A stretch of DNA of 64,000 bases from Hemiscyllium ocellatum. Lineage: Eukaryota. The notes beneath the pieces are model-generated. The model was not told the origin of the DNA and searched no databases. It was given only the letters and a program-made list of their open reading frames with translations. Positions 50,664 through 63,626 of this stretch are shown here, in pieces. The position numbers and the translations under genes are program-made. Each line of letters starts with the position of its first letter. Position 1 is the first letter of the stretch. Location: positions 28,767,231 through 28,831,230 of the forward strand of contig NC_083435.1 of the NCBI RefSeq assembly GCF_020745735.1, read 5' to 3'.

Positions 50664-51474
50664 CGTATTCTTCTGTACTCTCAATTCAGGGACTTGTAAC
50701 AGAAACGATGCTTTTCGTTCTGTGTCTGCCTAGATTAAAGGGTGAAAAGAATTCATTATAATTGATGGGACCCGACTGTTATTTGCAAGGCTTTTGAAGA
50801 TATCGAATTTCGGTTCGAGGTCAGAATCAAACACTGTCATTAATTTCACATGGAACAGCCGTGAATGTTATCAAATGGTGTCCTGTTTATATGGATTCAC
50901 TGATGTAAAGGAAAAAAAATCTTAATTGCCTTAGAACATCCTGTTATCACTTGGTGAGAACAGATGATTTTACCTTCTGCATAGCTTGGGTTCTCCCTTT
51001 ATTTGGCCTTACCCTCTCTGTCTTTCGGCTTATTTTCTAGTGTGCAACAAATGTATTCTATAATTCATTGCTGCATTGTAATCTTAGTGTTTAAGGACAA
51101 GTTTAAGGCTACAGACTTTCTCAGCATCACGCCCTCCATCACCAGAAGAATTAAACATAAAACTAAGGATGTTATTTTCCCGTTTTACAGAGCAGTAAAA
51201 TCTTGAATAATTAGGGCAAGATGATACACATCTTGAATAATTAGGGCAAGAATACTTGCCTTATTTAAGAAAAGACTAAATGCATCGTTTGGCTCTTCAA
51301 AGCTGGTTTTGTACATTCATATTTGGAATAAATATGTTGTCTTAAGAGGAAAGTTGGGGGTGACTGGGCATCTCTTCATTGGAGTAGAGAAACGTGAGGG
51401 GTGACTTCATCAAACTGTGTTGAGTCCTGAATATCCTGAGAGATTGAAATCCCTCAGACCCACAGCCCACAAAC

Positions 51475-51572
51475 CTCATTGCTGATGGAGGGTTTATGCC
51501 CAAAAGGTCGATTATCCTGGTCCTCGGATGCTGCCTGATCTGCTGTGCTTTTCCAGCACCACACTCTCGATT
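51475..51572 (+). mobile_element. ~100-bp F1 PLE terminus (degenerate hammerhead plus tail)
   Basis: Seen: ctcattgctgatggagggtttatgcccaaaaggtcgattatcc...ggatgctgcctgatctgctgtgcttttccagcaccacact. Preceded by a CR1 fragment at ~51150-51460. Confidence 0.85.
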
Positions 51573-52154
51573 CGTAAATATCCTTGTCATGGATGTGGAT
51601 AGAAAGTGACCTCTTGTGAGGCAGTCCAGAATTAGGGAAACCCAACTTTAAAACACTAAATGTCACACCTTTTGGTAAGAGATGAGAGAAATCTTCCGTT
51701 TACATCACGATGTAACTCTAGAATATTTCATCGGAAAAAATGTGAAAGTTGAGTCAATGATCAAATGCGTTTCAAGCTCACACAAATAGGTTCTTGTTAG
51801 GCAGGGAAAAAAATGTTATTGTGCTATTTTCGAATGTAGAAGTTGGAACACAAATAGATGAGCCATGATTTTGTTCCATGGCTGAATGATCTACTTCTAC
51901 TATTTCATATGTTAATCTAAGTTCCTTTGCTGTACTTGTGCGGAGATAAACCCACTTCCTAACAGAGAGGGAGGGGGTGGGAATTGAATTAGAATTAATT
52001 TTATTGTCACACTTTCTCACATGAGTGCAGTGAAACATTTACAAATGTGCCACTTACGGTGAAAACTTTGTTACCAATTACCTAAAAGCAAAATCTTCGG
52101 AATAATTTTGAAATATTAAAAAAAATTTCAGCGTTTCAAGCAATTCACGCTCGT

Positions 52155-52223
52155 CCTTGCCTCTTGATGTCGCCAGGCCTTGCCTCTTGATGTCGCCAGG
52201 CCTTGCCTCCAAAATTCGCCAGG
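52155..52223. repeat. 23-bp tandem repeat x3 (ccttgcctcttgatgtcgccagg)
   Basis: Seen: two identical units and one diverged unit. Confidence 0.9.
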
Positions 52224-52953
52224 ACGTCGCATCCTTAGGGTGCTGAACTCAAACATATGCTGAACAAAGGATGCAGCTCTGCTCTGCGCGTGAAGTTCTG
52301 CTGTAGACGACAACCAACTGAGCATCAAACGCAAATGATGACCTATCTACTCAAACTGTCGGCCTACTGCAGGGCATCAAGCTCCTCCATAGAAGAAGGT
52401 CTACCAAATTATGAGTTCAGGCTCCAAGCCTGCTGAAGCCAGGAGTCTTTGATAAGCACTGCACCTGCTGATGCTGATACACTGCCGACAATGTTCATGT
52501 TTCCCAACAATGTCAGAAGGTGAAAGAAAAGAGAAAGAGCCAGATGGAGAGACACAGACAGATGGAGAGATAAAGATAGAGAGTGAAGAATGCGACCAGC
52601 GAAAACCATATGGGCATAAGCCCTTAACACTCCCTACAATGCGAGTGCTGTGAAAAACAGATGAGAGAATGAAATAGAGGCACCTTCAGTTAACTATCAT
52701 CAAAAATAAATTCAAATAACAGCACTTTATTGACACAAGTGATTTTATACATACATATTTTTCTTTACTATTAAACAGATATTTTGTTTTCTGTGGATTG
52801 GAAATAATTAGCAAGGAGATGAGACTGCAGTCACTCCTTTTCACCATCCCCTTAAATTGGAGCTCAGACCTTCCCCTCCAAAATCCGCACTACTCATGTT
52901 ACCTGACCGGAATCCTCCCTCGCAATCCCCACTCCACTAACACTGCTCAAGTT

Positions 52954-53909
52954 CTACCTATGGAAACATCTAGGTACATGAGGATGAGTGTTCCTGGAAA
53001 CATGAGACTCCCAACACTTGCTAAGAAAATGAGGAATTGATGTACATGAATTTTTCACAGCACTCTTGAACTGCTCCCTGAACTTGGACTGAGTTGCACC
53101 GTAAATAAATGGATGTGTGCAGCAACTTAAGTCCACCAGCATGATGCCTACATCTGCAAAGATGTTTAAGGAATCATTGTATTTTTCAGGAATATATCTT
53201 GCAATGATACAAAATAAGATGTTTATAACAAATAAAAACCAAAGTAAAATGAAACTGCCTGATATTGTGAAAAATAAAATTGCAGAATTCCTTCTGCTCT
53301 CAATCTCTGGGTCAGTGCAGTTTCCAAAAGTACCCATGGGTTGTCTCGGGGCCCATCTGATCATTAAAATGTGTCTGATAGCGAGCACGTTGACAAAGAG
53401 AATTAAAAAATATGGGATCAATGGTGTGAAAATCGTATCAAACCATTCAAATGCAACCCATGCAGGATCTATATAGTAGTTTGTCTTTTCCTTACAAAAC
53501 CAAGGAACATCATCAATCATCTCTATGGGTTCAACTATGAAGTAGAATGGGATGTTTTTTAAACAAATCACAATGGATGTGATTGATAGAATCACAAGTG
53601 CAGTTTTGCCAGTGCAATACTTTGTTTTCAACTTCTGGCAACAAATGGCTACAAATCGGTCAAGTGAGAAAGTGACAACAAACCAGACAGAACATTCAGT
53701 ACCTACGTAAATAAGAATAAGTATGATATTACACACATGAATGATCTCCAGAAAAGATCCTGGGAAAAAATAAGAAATGAGTTGATCCAATATGAGAGAG
53801 GAGAAGATGACCAATAGATCTGCTGTTGCTACAGCCATCAGGTAGTAAGTTGTGCAAGTGGAGAGGCCACACTTCTTCCATGATAGGATGACAATTACCA
53901 CTAAATTGA
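52954..53909 (-). CDS. GPR139/GPR142-like GPCR paralogue B, exon 2 (open; gene possibly pseudogenised at exon 1)
   Basis: Seen: acceptor ccgtctctctcttacAG at 53910-53911, then (V)NLVVIVILSWKKCGLS, ATADLL, SLDRFVAIC, FTPLIPY and HPFIY. Roughly 55-60% identical to paralogue A by eye. No intact coding exon 1 found. Confidence 0.82.
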
Positions 53910-54234
53910 CTGTAAGAGAGAGACGGAAAAAAGAAAAGCTTAGAAATTACACATTAAATAATTCTTATGTTTTTTTTTATGGTCTGATCGGTGGTAAAAA
54001 AAATTTACAAACTCGTCACAAAACTAAAATCAAGAGAAACCTCATTTATTTGGATTTACCAAGGCAAGGAAAACTATCAATCTTCTTCAATACATGAGTG
54101 ATACTGGCAGAATCTTATTTGTTCGTTTTCGTCGATACAGCTGTTGATCATTCTTAGTCTTCAATCAGCTCAACTCTCATGCAGGCAACACAACATATAT
54201 TACTTTAATACGCAGTTCTACTGCTGGATAAGAG

Positions 54235-55720
54235 ATTGCAGTTGAAGGGAGACGATACAGCTATATTTCTCCTTGCAGGTACCAATGACATGGCTGGTTT
54301 AATGAAGAGGTTTTGCATTGCAATATGAGGATCTGCCTCAGAACTAAAAAAGAACTTTCAATGAGGCAATCCTTGGTACAAAAACTGAACTACGTAAAAA
54401 TTAGCATTTGATCAATAAGTTTCGAGTTATTGATGTGTGACTCAAGGGCTGATGTGAGAATACTGATTGCTAGTTTGTGATGATTTAACACTCGTACTTG
54501 AAAAATGTGGCCGCATTGTTGAGATGGATTTCAATTTAACAGTGCTTGAGTTAGTCTTCAGGCTAATCATCTGAATTGGGAGATACAAATCCTGTAATTG
54601 AATAGGGGAAGAAGGGAGCATATCTAGACGGTTCCATAAGTTAAGCGAGAGGAAACAATAATAGAGAAAGGCAGAAGTAAAATAACAGTCAGAGTACAGT
54701 AGCATATACTATTGTAGGAAATACAATGAAGAAAAACAGAAAAGTATGTCAACAGATAGGGCAAAAAAGTTATAGAGTGGGTAAAGAAAACTGAATTAAG
54801 AAAGTGCAATCATTTTCATCATTGTTCAGTTAAATATAAATTCATAAGCATGATCCGATAGCAATTAGTGGTATTCAGGAATGGCAACATGCTGGAAAAT
54901 GGTGATGGTGTAGCTGTGTTCGCTAAAGAGTAGATTACAGGAGTGAGGAAGTAAATGGCATTTTGGAAACTGGAGGTGCTTGTGACAGGATGACACAATG
55001 AATGTTGAAGACTTCAATTGACATATCAGCCTCGTGACCTTGCTTAATACGACCATAGTTTGTGTGGGACAAATTCTCATATGCATGTGAAATAGATTTC
55101 TAAGCTGCAAATTGGGGAACCATCAGGCAGTAGAATGTTTTAGATTGTGCATTATGCAAAATAAGATGGGCAACTGAAAACCTTGTTGCAAAGCATAGTT
55201 TATGAAAGAGTGGCCATGACACGAATAATGTTATATTTAGTTTGCAATCAGAAACCACAGCCTTAGTTCTATACAAAATAAAATATGAAGATCAGAGGGA
55301 AGATTTGGTGATGGTAGATGAGGAAAATGCACTAGAATGTCTGATGGTAGACCAGCAATAGTTAACATTTAAGGAACTAATACAAAACTGACAATCAAAA
55401 TACATTACAACAATGCACAAACACTCAACACGGAAAGTTTCCAAATGTGGCTAATGAGGATTGTATCAGATCAAAAACCTGTCAACTCAAGTTACCAAAC
55501 AACGTTTGCCTGAGGACAATATGGACACTGTCATTCTCAAATAATAACATTGTACAAATGGGAAAACTGGCAAAAAAAAATCTAAAATCCACTATAAATA
55601 TTTATAATGACAAGGATTTGTTTAAAAAAAGGCAATGTGTTTGCATTACAGGAGAATTTAAAATGGGGTGTCAGCAAATAGTCAAGTAACAAATTCAATA
55701 ATTTGTCTCTATCTGAATGG
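54235..55720 (+). mobile_element. Highly degenerate CR1 5' region (ORF1 esterase-like and endonuclease remnants)
   Basis: Seen: ggtaccaatgaca (GTND-like) and ggtgatggtgtagctgtgttc (GGGVA-like). Confidence 0.5.
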
Positions 55721-58700
55721 AGGAAAGGACTAAAACACTTCCAGTAATAATGCAGTGTGAAGGACTAAATGAAAAAAAGTACATTCAAAACATTAATACA
55801 ACTTCAAAAATTACTGTCGATCCATATATTCCAAGCAATGCTCTGAGGACTTACGTATGCATTCTTCCATCACAGATGGCTAATTTGAATTCAACAACAA
55901 AAGAAAATGGAATTAATAATCTAATGGTGATCATGAAACTGTTGTCAGTTGTTGAAAAAAAAACACCTTGCTTATTTGTGTCTTTAGGAAAAGAAAACAT
56001 GGTCCTTACCTAGACTGGTCTACGTGTGACTCCGGAACCACACGAACGTGCTTGAATCTGAACAGTTCGCATTATAATCTCCAGGAATTTAAACTACATT
56101 ATTAGCATTTCTCTGCATTATCAAACCAGTCAGCCAGTCAAATATGATATTTTCAACTGACACCATCTCAGAAATCACACCCAGCTATTCCGAGATTCAT
56201 CACAAAACTGGACTCCAGGAGTCTGGACGATCTCACAGGCAGGTAACTCATGAAGCAATTCCCACCCGCAAGAACGGAAAAAAAAACATTCCATCTATCT
56301 CAGTGGCTGTGCATAAACATCCTTCAATAAATGAATGTACCGCTCACGAGAATGAAAGCACTAATTATGACCTGAAGTTTGTGAACAGTTTTGAGCATTT
56401 TAAAGTCATAAATTCAACAAAATATAAAATGGCATGCTTCATTTGAGCTGAAAGATATAATAATATCGGAGACTGAGGGTAGAGAGCGTCGAGTGACAAG
56501 CAAAACGTCAAAGCAATAGGAAGCTGTGGATAAAGACTGAGGACTGAATAGAAGTGCCCAAATTAATGTTTCAATCTGCATTTGATGTCTTTAGTGGAGA
56601 GGAGACAACATTTTGAGCAGACAATATAGTTGCTCACATGGGAGAAATAAAAATAAGTCAGTACTTAAACTGCACTGATTTCTTTGGGACCATGGCTGGT
56701 GTGATGGAAGGACATGAAAGGCCAGAGGTTGTATCTCATTTGTTTGTACAGCAGGAAGGCTGTTGGAAATGATAGAAGAGGCAATGGGAAGCAGGGAGTC
56801 AGATTGCATGGGACATTGCTGGGATAAACAAAACAGATGGATCCATTGGTATTATTGGATCTGGATTAATGGGAAAAGCAGCGGAAGATCTATTTCATTT
56901 ACCTGGTAAGAACAAGGGAGAAAACCAGGTCTGGTAAGAATGAGTCTCATTTACATATGAAATGATGGTACTGGTCAAAACTCATCTTATTTTCCATAAT
57001 GTGGAATATTAGTTAAGACTGATATTTCCTTTTCGATACTTTTCAACAGCATTTTACTCTGTTTACCTTGAAAATTATTTACCCTGAGTGTTCACGCTTA
57101 TAGTTCCTCCTCCCACCGCCTTCCTTTATTGGTTTTCCTATTTTAGCTGTTTCCTGTGCATGAATAGTTAGCAATGGTCTGTTCCAAAGTGGCTGTGGAA
57201 CCCATTTGCAAACGCACATGATTTTTCTTGAAGGGACAGATATGAATGCCCTGTTATTTTTGCCATTTCCATCTTTTGCTGCTGGTGCTGTTAACGGTTG
57301 AAAAAAAAACTTCATGGATTTGCGAACTAGATTGTACTCCCTTGCACAGTTTACGTTCATCTTCCCGCCCCAATAGAATCCAGCGATAAGTGCCTCCAAA
57401 TGCAAAATCCCTTTCATGACCCTCTTCACCCTATCTGATAGCAATGCCATTTTTCCTATCATCCAATGTTGCTGAGCAATGTTTAGTAATTGTTTCTGCT
57501 TAGTGATTTAGAAGTTCAGTAAACGCTCAAGACAGATGCAATTGTTATTGTCACCCCAATGGGTCAATGAGGAATATAATAACAAGTCTGCAACATAATT
57601 TGGCACATTGATGTTTTCTGATACTGAATTTCACTTGTCCAGTGAACCAGTTGTTATTCGACGAGGGAGCATGTCAGGTTAGCTTGAAATATGTACATCA
57701 ACATTTGGAAATTTCGGCTCAGTTGAGAAGTTAACACTTTCACTTGGAAATTCAGCACATTGTAGCTGTGGAAATCTCAACCAATTAACATGCTGGAAGG
57801 CAGGGTCATTTCCTGCAACATGGCTCCAATCCTTCCCAGAAGTTCGGGTATCGCACCTGAACAACGTAAACGTTTGCAATGAATCCATTGTGACTAAGAA
57901 AGCCGATTTGAGATTAAAATCTACTGAGTGCATTGTATATTGTACTCAATTTGCACTGTTTCAATTTGGTCTTTTCAGTTGGCAGAAACCCGCCGGAATG
58001 GAAAGGATACCTGTGAAAGACTGAAACATTAGCCTCTGACCTCGTGCTCCTGCTGCAAATCTGAGGGATGACACTGAGCCAAATTGTACAGAAAATGAGA
58101 GGGGGATGGAGAGTGAGGATAACAAGCTCTCCAACCAAGCAGATGTACCTGGAAAAGACCGAAGTAATCAAATTCCTCCTGTTTCAAATCCCCAAAGACA
58201 GTAGACACCAATTATCCAGAGTCCACTGTAGTCAAGACTATGTTCTTATTAATGTTGGTTCATTGGTGACACAGATCTTAAACACATGACCTGCATGAGT
58301 TTGTTGCTCAGATATCGTCCTGGGTACATGACAGTGACTTTCTCAATCTTTAGCTGAAGCATCTATGGCTTAAAAGCATGAATCGTTTTCTTTATTTTCA
58401 CAATAATGAATAAGCTAGTATCTAATAAATTAAGTGGACGTGATAAGACCCGGTAAAAGAGGTCAGGTGCGCTGGAAACACGATAGGCATGGTATTATTT
58501 AAATAAATATGTTAAATTAATGTACACTAATATTCATTCAGTGGTGAGGCATTTATTTATTTTTAATAATTTGGGAAGCATGGGAACCGACGTCGACTCT
58601 TCCTCAGCAAATTAAAAAGAGGTTCTAATCGAGTGTGTTTTTCCATAACCCCAGATAAACACGACTGTACAACAATGCGAAGTGCTGTCCACCCGAGCAT

Positions 58701-59092
58701 GCTGAATTTATACAAGAATTCCGTTTGTATCAACATTTTTTATTGGATAATGTTGAAAATAATGAACTTCTGCTTTCCTGCACTACAAAGATGATTTATT
58801 TTTTTCATTAATAATGAACAAATCTCACCGGCCATTCGAAATTTCTGTGCAAATTTGATATTGGACAATTCATCTCCCAGTCTCGTCAGCAAACCATCAT
58901 TGATAAGAGACATTATGAATTAATTGGGTAAAACTGAGGTGTGCTTCAAAAATGGCGTGTAATATGGTCTACCTTAGTCTCTTCTGATACAATAAACACA
59001 TCACAGGCCTGCACTTATAGATATATATTTGAAAGTCGTCATCATCACATTACATGGAGTGCTCGTGGTATTTTGCTTGTGGCTTCTTTTCT

Positions 59093-60493
59093 TTAATTTT
59101 TTGCACCACTGCTCTTGAACTGGCACAACAGAAGATGTTTGAAGGTTTTCTTGAAAGTAGCATTACAGAGTGCATAACAGGCAGGATTGACAGTGCTATT
59201 TATGTAAAATATCCAATATCCGATATTCCAAACTGTGCTTGGAATACAGATGGGACAGAACGTGCTAATGAGCACCATGACATTGTATGGAGTCCAAGTG
59301 ATTATAAATGCCAGGAGAATCGCCAGAATAGTTCTAGTCACTTTCATTTCTCTCGTAACACTGACCTTTCTATTCTGAGCAGTATTATGAATTATTTTAC
59401 TCGTTTTTTGGGTTTCTGTGATCTTCCTATGCTTCCCGTTATTGCTTCGAAGATCTCCAACGTTTCCAGGTGTGGTTCCATGGTCATTAATGTTATGTCG
59501 TTGATTTACCATCCTTGTATTGGAGACTCTGCAGTTATCCATCACATTGCAGACATTTCGATTCCCACTGATAGGCCCTACTAACTGGTTGTTTGATGGA
59601 ATCGTAATGGAAGAAGTTGACTCACCCAAGCACACCTCCTCTCTTTCATTGAAATGATCAATTATTCTTCCATCAATTATTGTACCTTTTGGCATTTTCA
59701 CTTGTGGCAGCCTAACAGAAGCATTAGATATGTTGCTCGGATTCGATTTCAGTATCTTACCCACCTGAAGGCTGGGGGAAACTAGTTCCTTATTAGATCC
59801 AGACTCTTTTTTATCTAACTTCATTCTACTTTTGCTAGCCCGTGATATATACACATATAAAATCACCATGATGGTCACTGGCAGATAGAAGGCAGCTATT
59901 GAAGTGCCGAAAGTTGCAGCAGGATTGGAGAAGAACTGTATATAACATTCTCCTTCACGAACTGTTCTCTGCCCGACGATGAACTGCCAGAAGAGAATGG
60001 CAGGAGCCCATACAATAAATGACACCACCCAAACGGCTGCGATCATCATGCCTGCAACCTTTGGTGTCCTCCTTACGGGATAGCTAAGGGGTTTGGTCAC
60101 ACAGAAGTAGCGATCTAAGCTGATGATGAGAAGATTCATGGAAGAGGCATTGCTGACAACGTAATCGACAACAAGCCATAAATCGCACACCACCGGACCC
60201 AGAGGCCAGTAGCCAAGGAGACTGTAAATGGTGAACAGATTCATCGTTACTCCAACAGTGACATCAGCGCAGGCTAAGCTGAAAATGAAGTTGTTGTTAA
60301 TAGTTTGCAATTGCCTGTTTACTCTGATGGAAATAATAACGAGAACGTTCCCCACGAGGGTTACCACACTCAGAGATCCCGTTACAATCGCAATGAAGAT
60401 TACTTCACCGGTTTTGTAAGAACTCCGTCTTTGAATTTCAAGAAACCCTTTCCAGGTACTGAGAGATCCATTCGTTTCTGTTGGTTTTTCCAT
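59093..60493 (-). CDS. chrm2: Muscarinic acetylcholine receptor, M2/M4 clade (M2-like), intronless CDS, 466 aa
   Basis: Seen: GPVVCDLWLVVDYVVSNAS, DRYFCVTKPL, ECYIQFFSN, ISRASKSR, KVTRTILAILLAFIITWTPYNVMVL and NSTVNPACYALCN. ICL3 start and TM6 are M2-like; TM1 and SNPA are M4-like. Orthology is not established. Start placed at ATG 60493, after a polypyrimidine tract and candidate AG acceptors at ~60520 and 60503. Confidence 0.9.
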   Translation of the reverse strand: MEKPTETNGSLSTWKGFLEIQRRSSYKTGEVIFIAIVTGSLSVVTLVGNVLVIISIRVNRQLQTINNNFIFSLACADVTVGVTMNLFTIYSLLGYWPLGPVVCDLWLVVDYVVSNASSMNLLIISLDRYFCVTKPLSYPVRRTPKVAGMMIAAVWVVSFIVWAPAILFWQFIVGQRTVREGECYIQFFSNPAATFGTSIAAFYLPVTIMVILYVYISRASKSRMKLDKKESGSNKELVSPSLQVGKILKSNPSNISNASVRLPQVKMPKGTIIDGRIIDHFNEREEVCLGESTSSITIPSNNQLVGPISGNRNVCNVMDNCRVSNTRMVNQRHNINDHGTTPGNVGDLRSNNGKHRKITETQKTSKIIHNTAQNRKVSVTREMKVTRTILAILLAFIITWTPYNVMVLISTFCPICIPSTVWNIGYWIFYINSTVNPACYALCNATFKKTFKHLLLCQFKSSGAKN

Positions 60494-63400
60494 CAGTTCA
60501 CCCTGATGTACAGTTAGCACTGAGGTGTTCCAAAAGGAAAACAAAAGAAAATGAACATGTATTAGGAGCTGGGCTTCAGACATGTTGAAGTTAAAAGTCA
60601 TCTGGCCAATTATGGATTCTCCAACAGCCAGTGCATGCTAATCAAACTGCTCATTTAAACTTCAATACCTTTGCCAGAAGGATTCATCTTAAATTAGGAA
60701 TTTCTCATCAGTCTCTTAGACCAGTTAGCTGTTAGTATGTAATTAATTAATCATTTATAGTCTAATTAACGATTAATTGCTGTGTAAATGGTCATGACGA
60801 CTTTCATTGTTTTTCTACAAACTCACGAAAACAGTGAATAGCCAGATCACCGAGGGTAGTGTTGAAAATTAACTCGTGTGCAGTGTTGTCCTTTCCTCAG
60901 AAAAAGAAATGTTTCAGGCAAAGGCAGATGTGGGGCAAATATCCACCTTTTGACATCTGAAAGAGTGAGAACACGCTCAACCTGAGTGTTGTCAAGTAGC
61001 ACGATTAAGAGACGTCCTCGGAATCTACTCCAAACCTTGCTCCTAAAGAAATCTCCAAACCCATCTTGTCATCCTCGATTTAAAGGCATGTTATGTCATG
61101 ATGTTGATCCAACAAAGAATGAATGTGCAAAACACAGCTCAGAAGGGTTCGATGATCTACTGTGGCATGAATTTCCCGTCTCCCACCTTCAAGTTTACAG
61201 AACGTTTTACCAAGTTCTGTGTGTGCTGTTATTAAGTGGAATGGCAACTAGTTCCATTGAGATAATATCACCAGCAGCAACCATGAAGCGAAAAACACCA
61301 AATACCGGTTCTTTGGAATTAAATTAATTGATAGATGGAAAATATAAAAATGAAGATACTCAGAGAGGTATATGTTAAAGTACAAATGGATCAAAAGTGT
61401 TAATTTTTTGAAATTGTGAAGAAAACAATTGTTTGAATAGCTATGAGTGTGTCTATTAATAGTTGTAAAACATTCTATACCGTCAGAAGAAACCTTCCTA
61501 GTCATTAAATATTGTATTTCAACTCTGTTTCAATGGATTTTACTGCTGCAAAACCTGTGACATTTCTTTTTAAACGGAATCTGCCGTTGGCATTGAATAC
61601 ACAGATCCTGTGATATTTCCAGCAGAAGAAAATAAGTATTTTATTTTCACTCTTCAATGGAAAGTGCAAAGTGTTTGCTAACGCTGTACCCTGTATGATC
61701 TCTTACGAGCAAAGTTTGTGGATGTCAACAATTACTGTGTGGTTGAGTATGTTCAACTCTCTGAACAGGGTTCATTGACAATAGGCTTCCTACTGTGGTG
61801 TGTTCAAAACATTTTGTAAAGTTATGAGAATGCTGAAGAAAATTTATTTCATCGACTTCTCAGTATGATCAGAAACTGAGGAAAATTATCAACAACTGTC
61901 ATCAATGCAAAAAGGCTTACACTGTAATTGTAAAAAAGAGAAGGTTAGCATTGATCTATCTTCTAACCGAAATAATTTATCTTTCCCATCTAAATATTTT
62001 GAATCAGAAGCCTACTGCCCGTAATTGCAATTAAAGTATACCCAGTGAACTCATTTTTACATTTAAGTATTGAAATAGATATTTAAATTCACATTTAGAG
62101 TCTTCAAATATTAAAGGTGGCCATGCTATATATTCTTGACTTCCCAAACTCGCCCCAGGCTTGCGTCATGGTGCGCCTGACGTAAAACTCGCCACCAACC
62201 ATGTCTTTCTCATGCCTCACCCCCACAACCCCCACCATGGTTGCCATTGTTTTTGTTTTTGCTTTACAAATCAATGTTGGTTCAGAGCTGTGAATTAGAA
62301 TTGTAAGCTAAAGGTGCCGTTTGGTCTATGGGTAACAACTTGCATTAAAAAAAAGAAAACAGTCCAAACAAGCCTTTATTTATTCGCGAATCCAGGACTG
62401 GATAAATTGTAGATGGTTCCCTGATCAGAAGGTTCTTCAGTCGCTTCAGCATTTTGTTGAAATAGATAAAATAAATCGCCAGTTAATGAGTAAGGCACAT
62501 GGGAATTTCCTCCAGCCAGTCTGGAAGAAACACTATTTTCAAGTAAATGAAAGATATTAAGTGGTACGTGAGAATGCTTGCGACAGACGCTCAGTCTGGC
62601 AGGGCGTGGTCAGAGTTTGAATTTCATTATTCGACTACGTTTCTTTTAAAAATCAATCCGGCTGCGGATATTGCAATGTTAAAGTGAAAGCCTCCCACCT
62701 AACCTCCTTTGCCAGTTCCTGGTTGCTGAGACAATGCAAACCTAAATCATAAGTGTTATTGCTTTTATCTAAAAGAACGTAAAACATTATCTTGATAGAT
62801 AGCTTCAGAAAAATCAACCAAAAGGCCATCTTTTATGTCTGTGGAATAACACATGTGAAAAAACATTTCAGTAATCTTAACAATTTTGCTATTTTATTTT
62901 ATTTAAATATTTTTGTACGTCTCTAATTTATGTGATAGAGGCTGAAAACAAAGGTTTTTTGTTTAATGCATACACCTATTAGATTACTGTGTTGTTTAAC
63001 TTTGCTCCAATAAAGTTATTGTACAATGAAAAAAAAACTAGGTATTTTGTTGAAACCTCAAACTAGTATCGAGAACAGATTACTTGCAGTTTGAGATCAG
63101 TTATTGATAAAGTGTAGTTTGGAACTATTGGGGCCAATTATGAGGCTCTTTTAAAAGTTTTCACTTTAATTCGTTATGAATACAGAGGTAGAAAGGTGGG
63201 TTTGATTCTTCTGTCTGTCTCTGTGGAGGAACATTAATAACTTAGTAGTTGCCTACCTGTAATGATGGTGATCTCAACTGGTATATTAAGCATTATTCCC
63301 TGTTATTATCCTACTTCGTTCTTGCTTGTGCATTATCAATATTTTGTTATCATTTTCAGCATTCTTCCCTAAAGCAGTCCTTCACACCTTCATTCCACAT

Positions 63401-63626
63401 AGAATAAGGATTCTTTCTGTTCTATGATTTCCTACATAAATCTGTAGATATAGAGTTCTTCCGTCAGCAAGAGCACCATTTGGGGAAATTTCACAAGGAC
63501 AGACAAATGTTGATGGATGCTGCTGAAAAAAACAAATCAGAGCCAGTGCACAAATGTTACATTACTTTCCTTGAAATACTGATAAGAACACAAACATTGA
63601 CCTGATCAGAGAGTGGTGCAATCATG

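Noticed and set aside
52612-52625. gggcataagccctt, the F1 hammerhead stem II hairpin on the minus strand
   Set aside because: The catalytic core and tail are not recognisable, so it was not counted as a ribozyme copy.
60494-60601. 36-residue N-terminal extension of the muscarinic ORF
   Set aside because: It translates a polypyrimidine tract and acceptor region. Muscarinic genes have 5' UTR introns, and ATG 60493 gives a typical length. Not excluded without transcript data.
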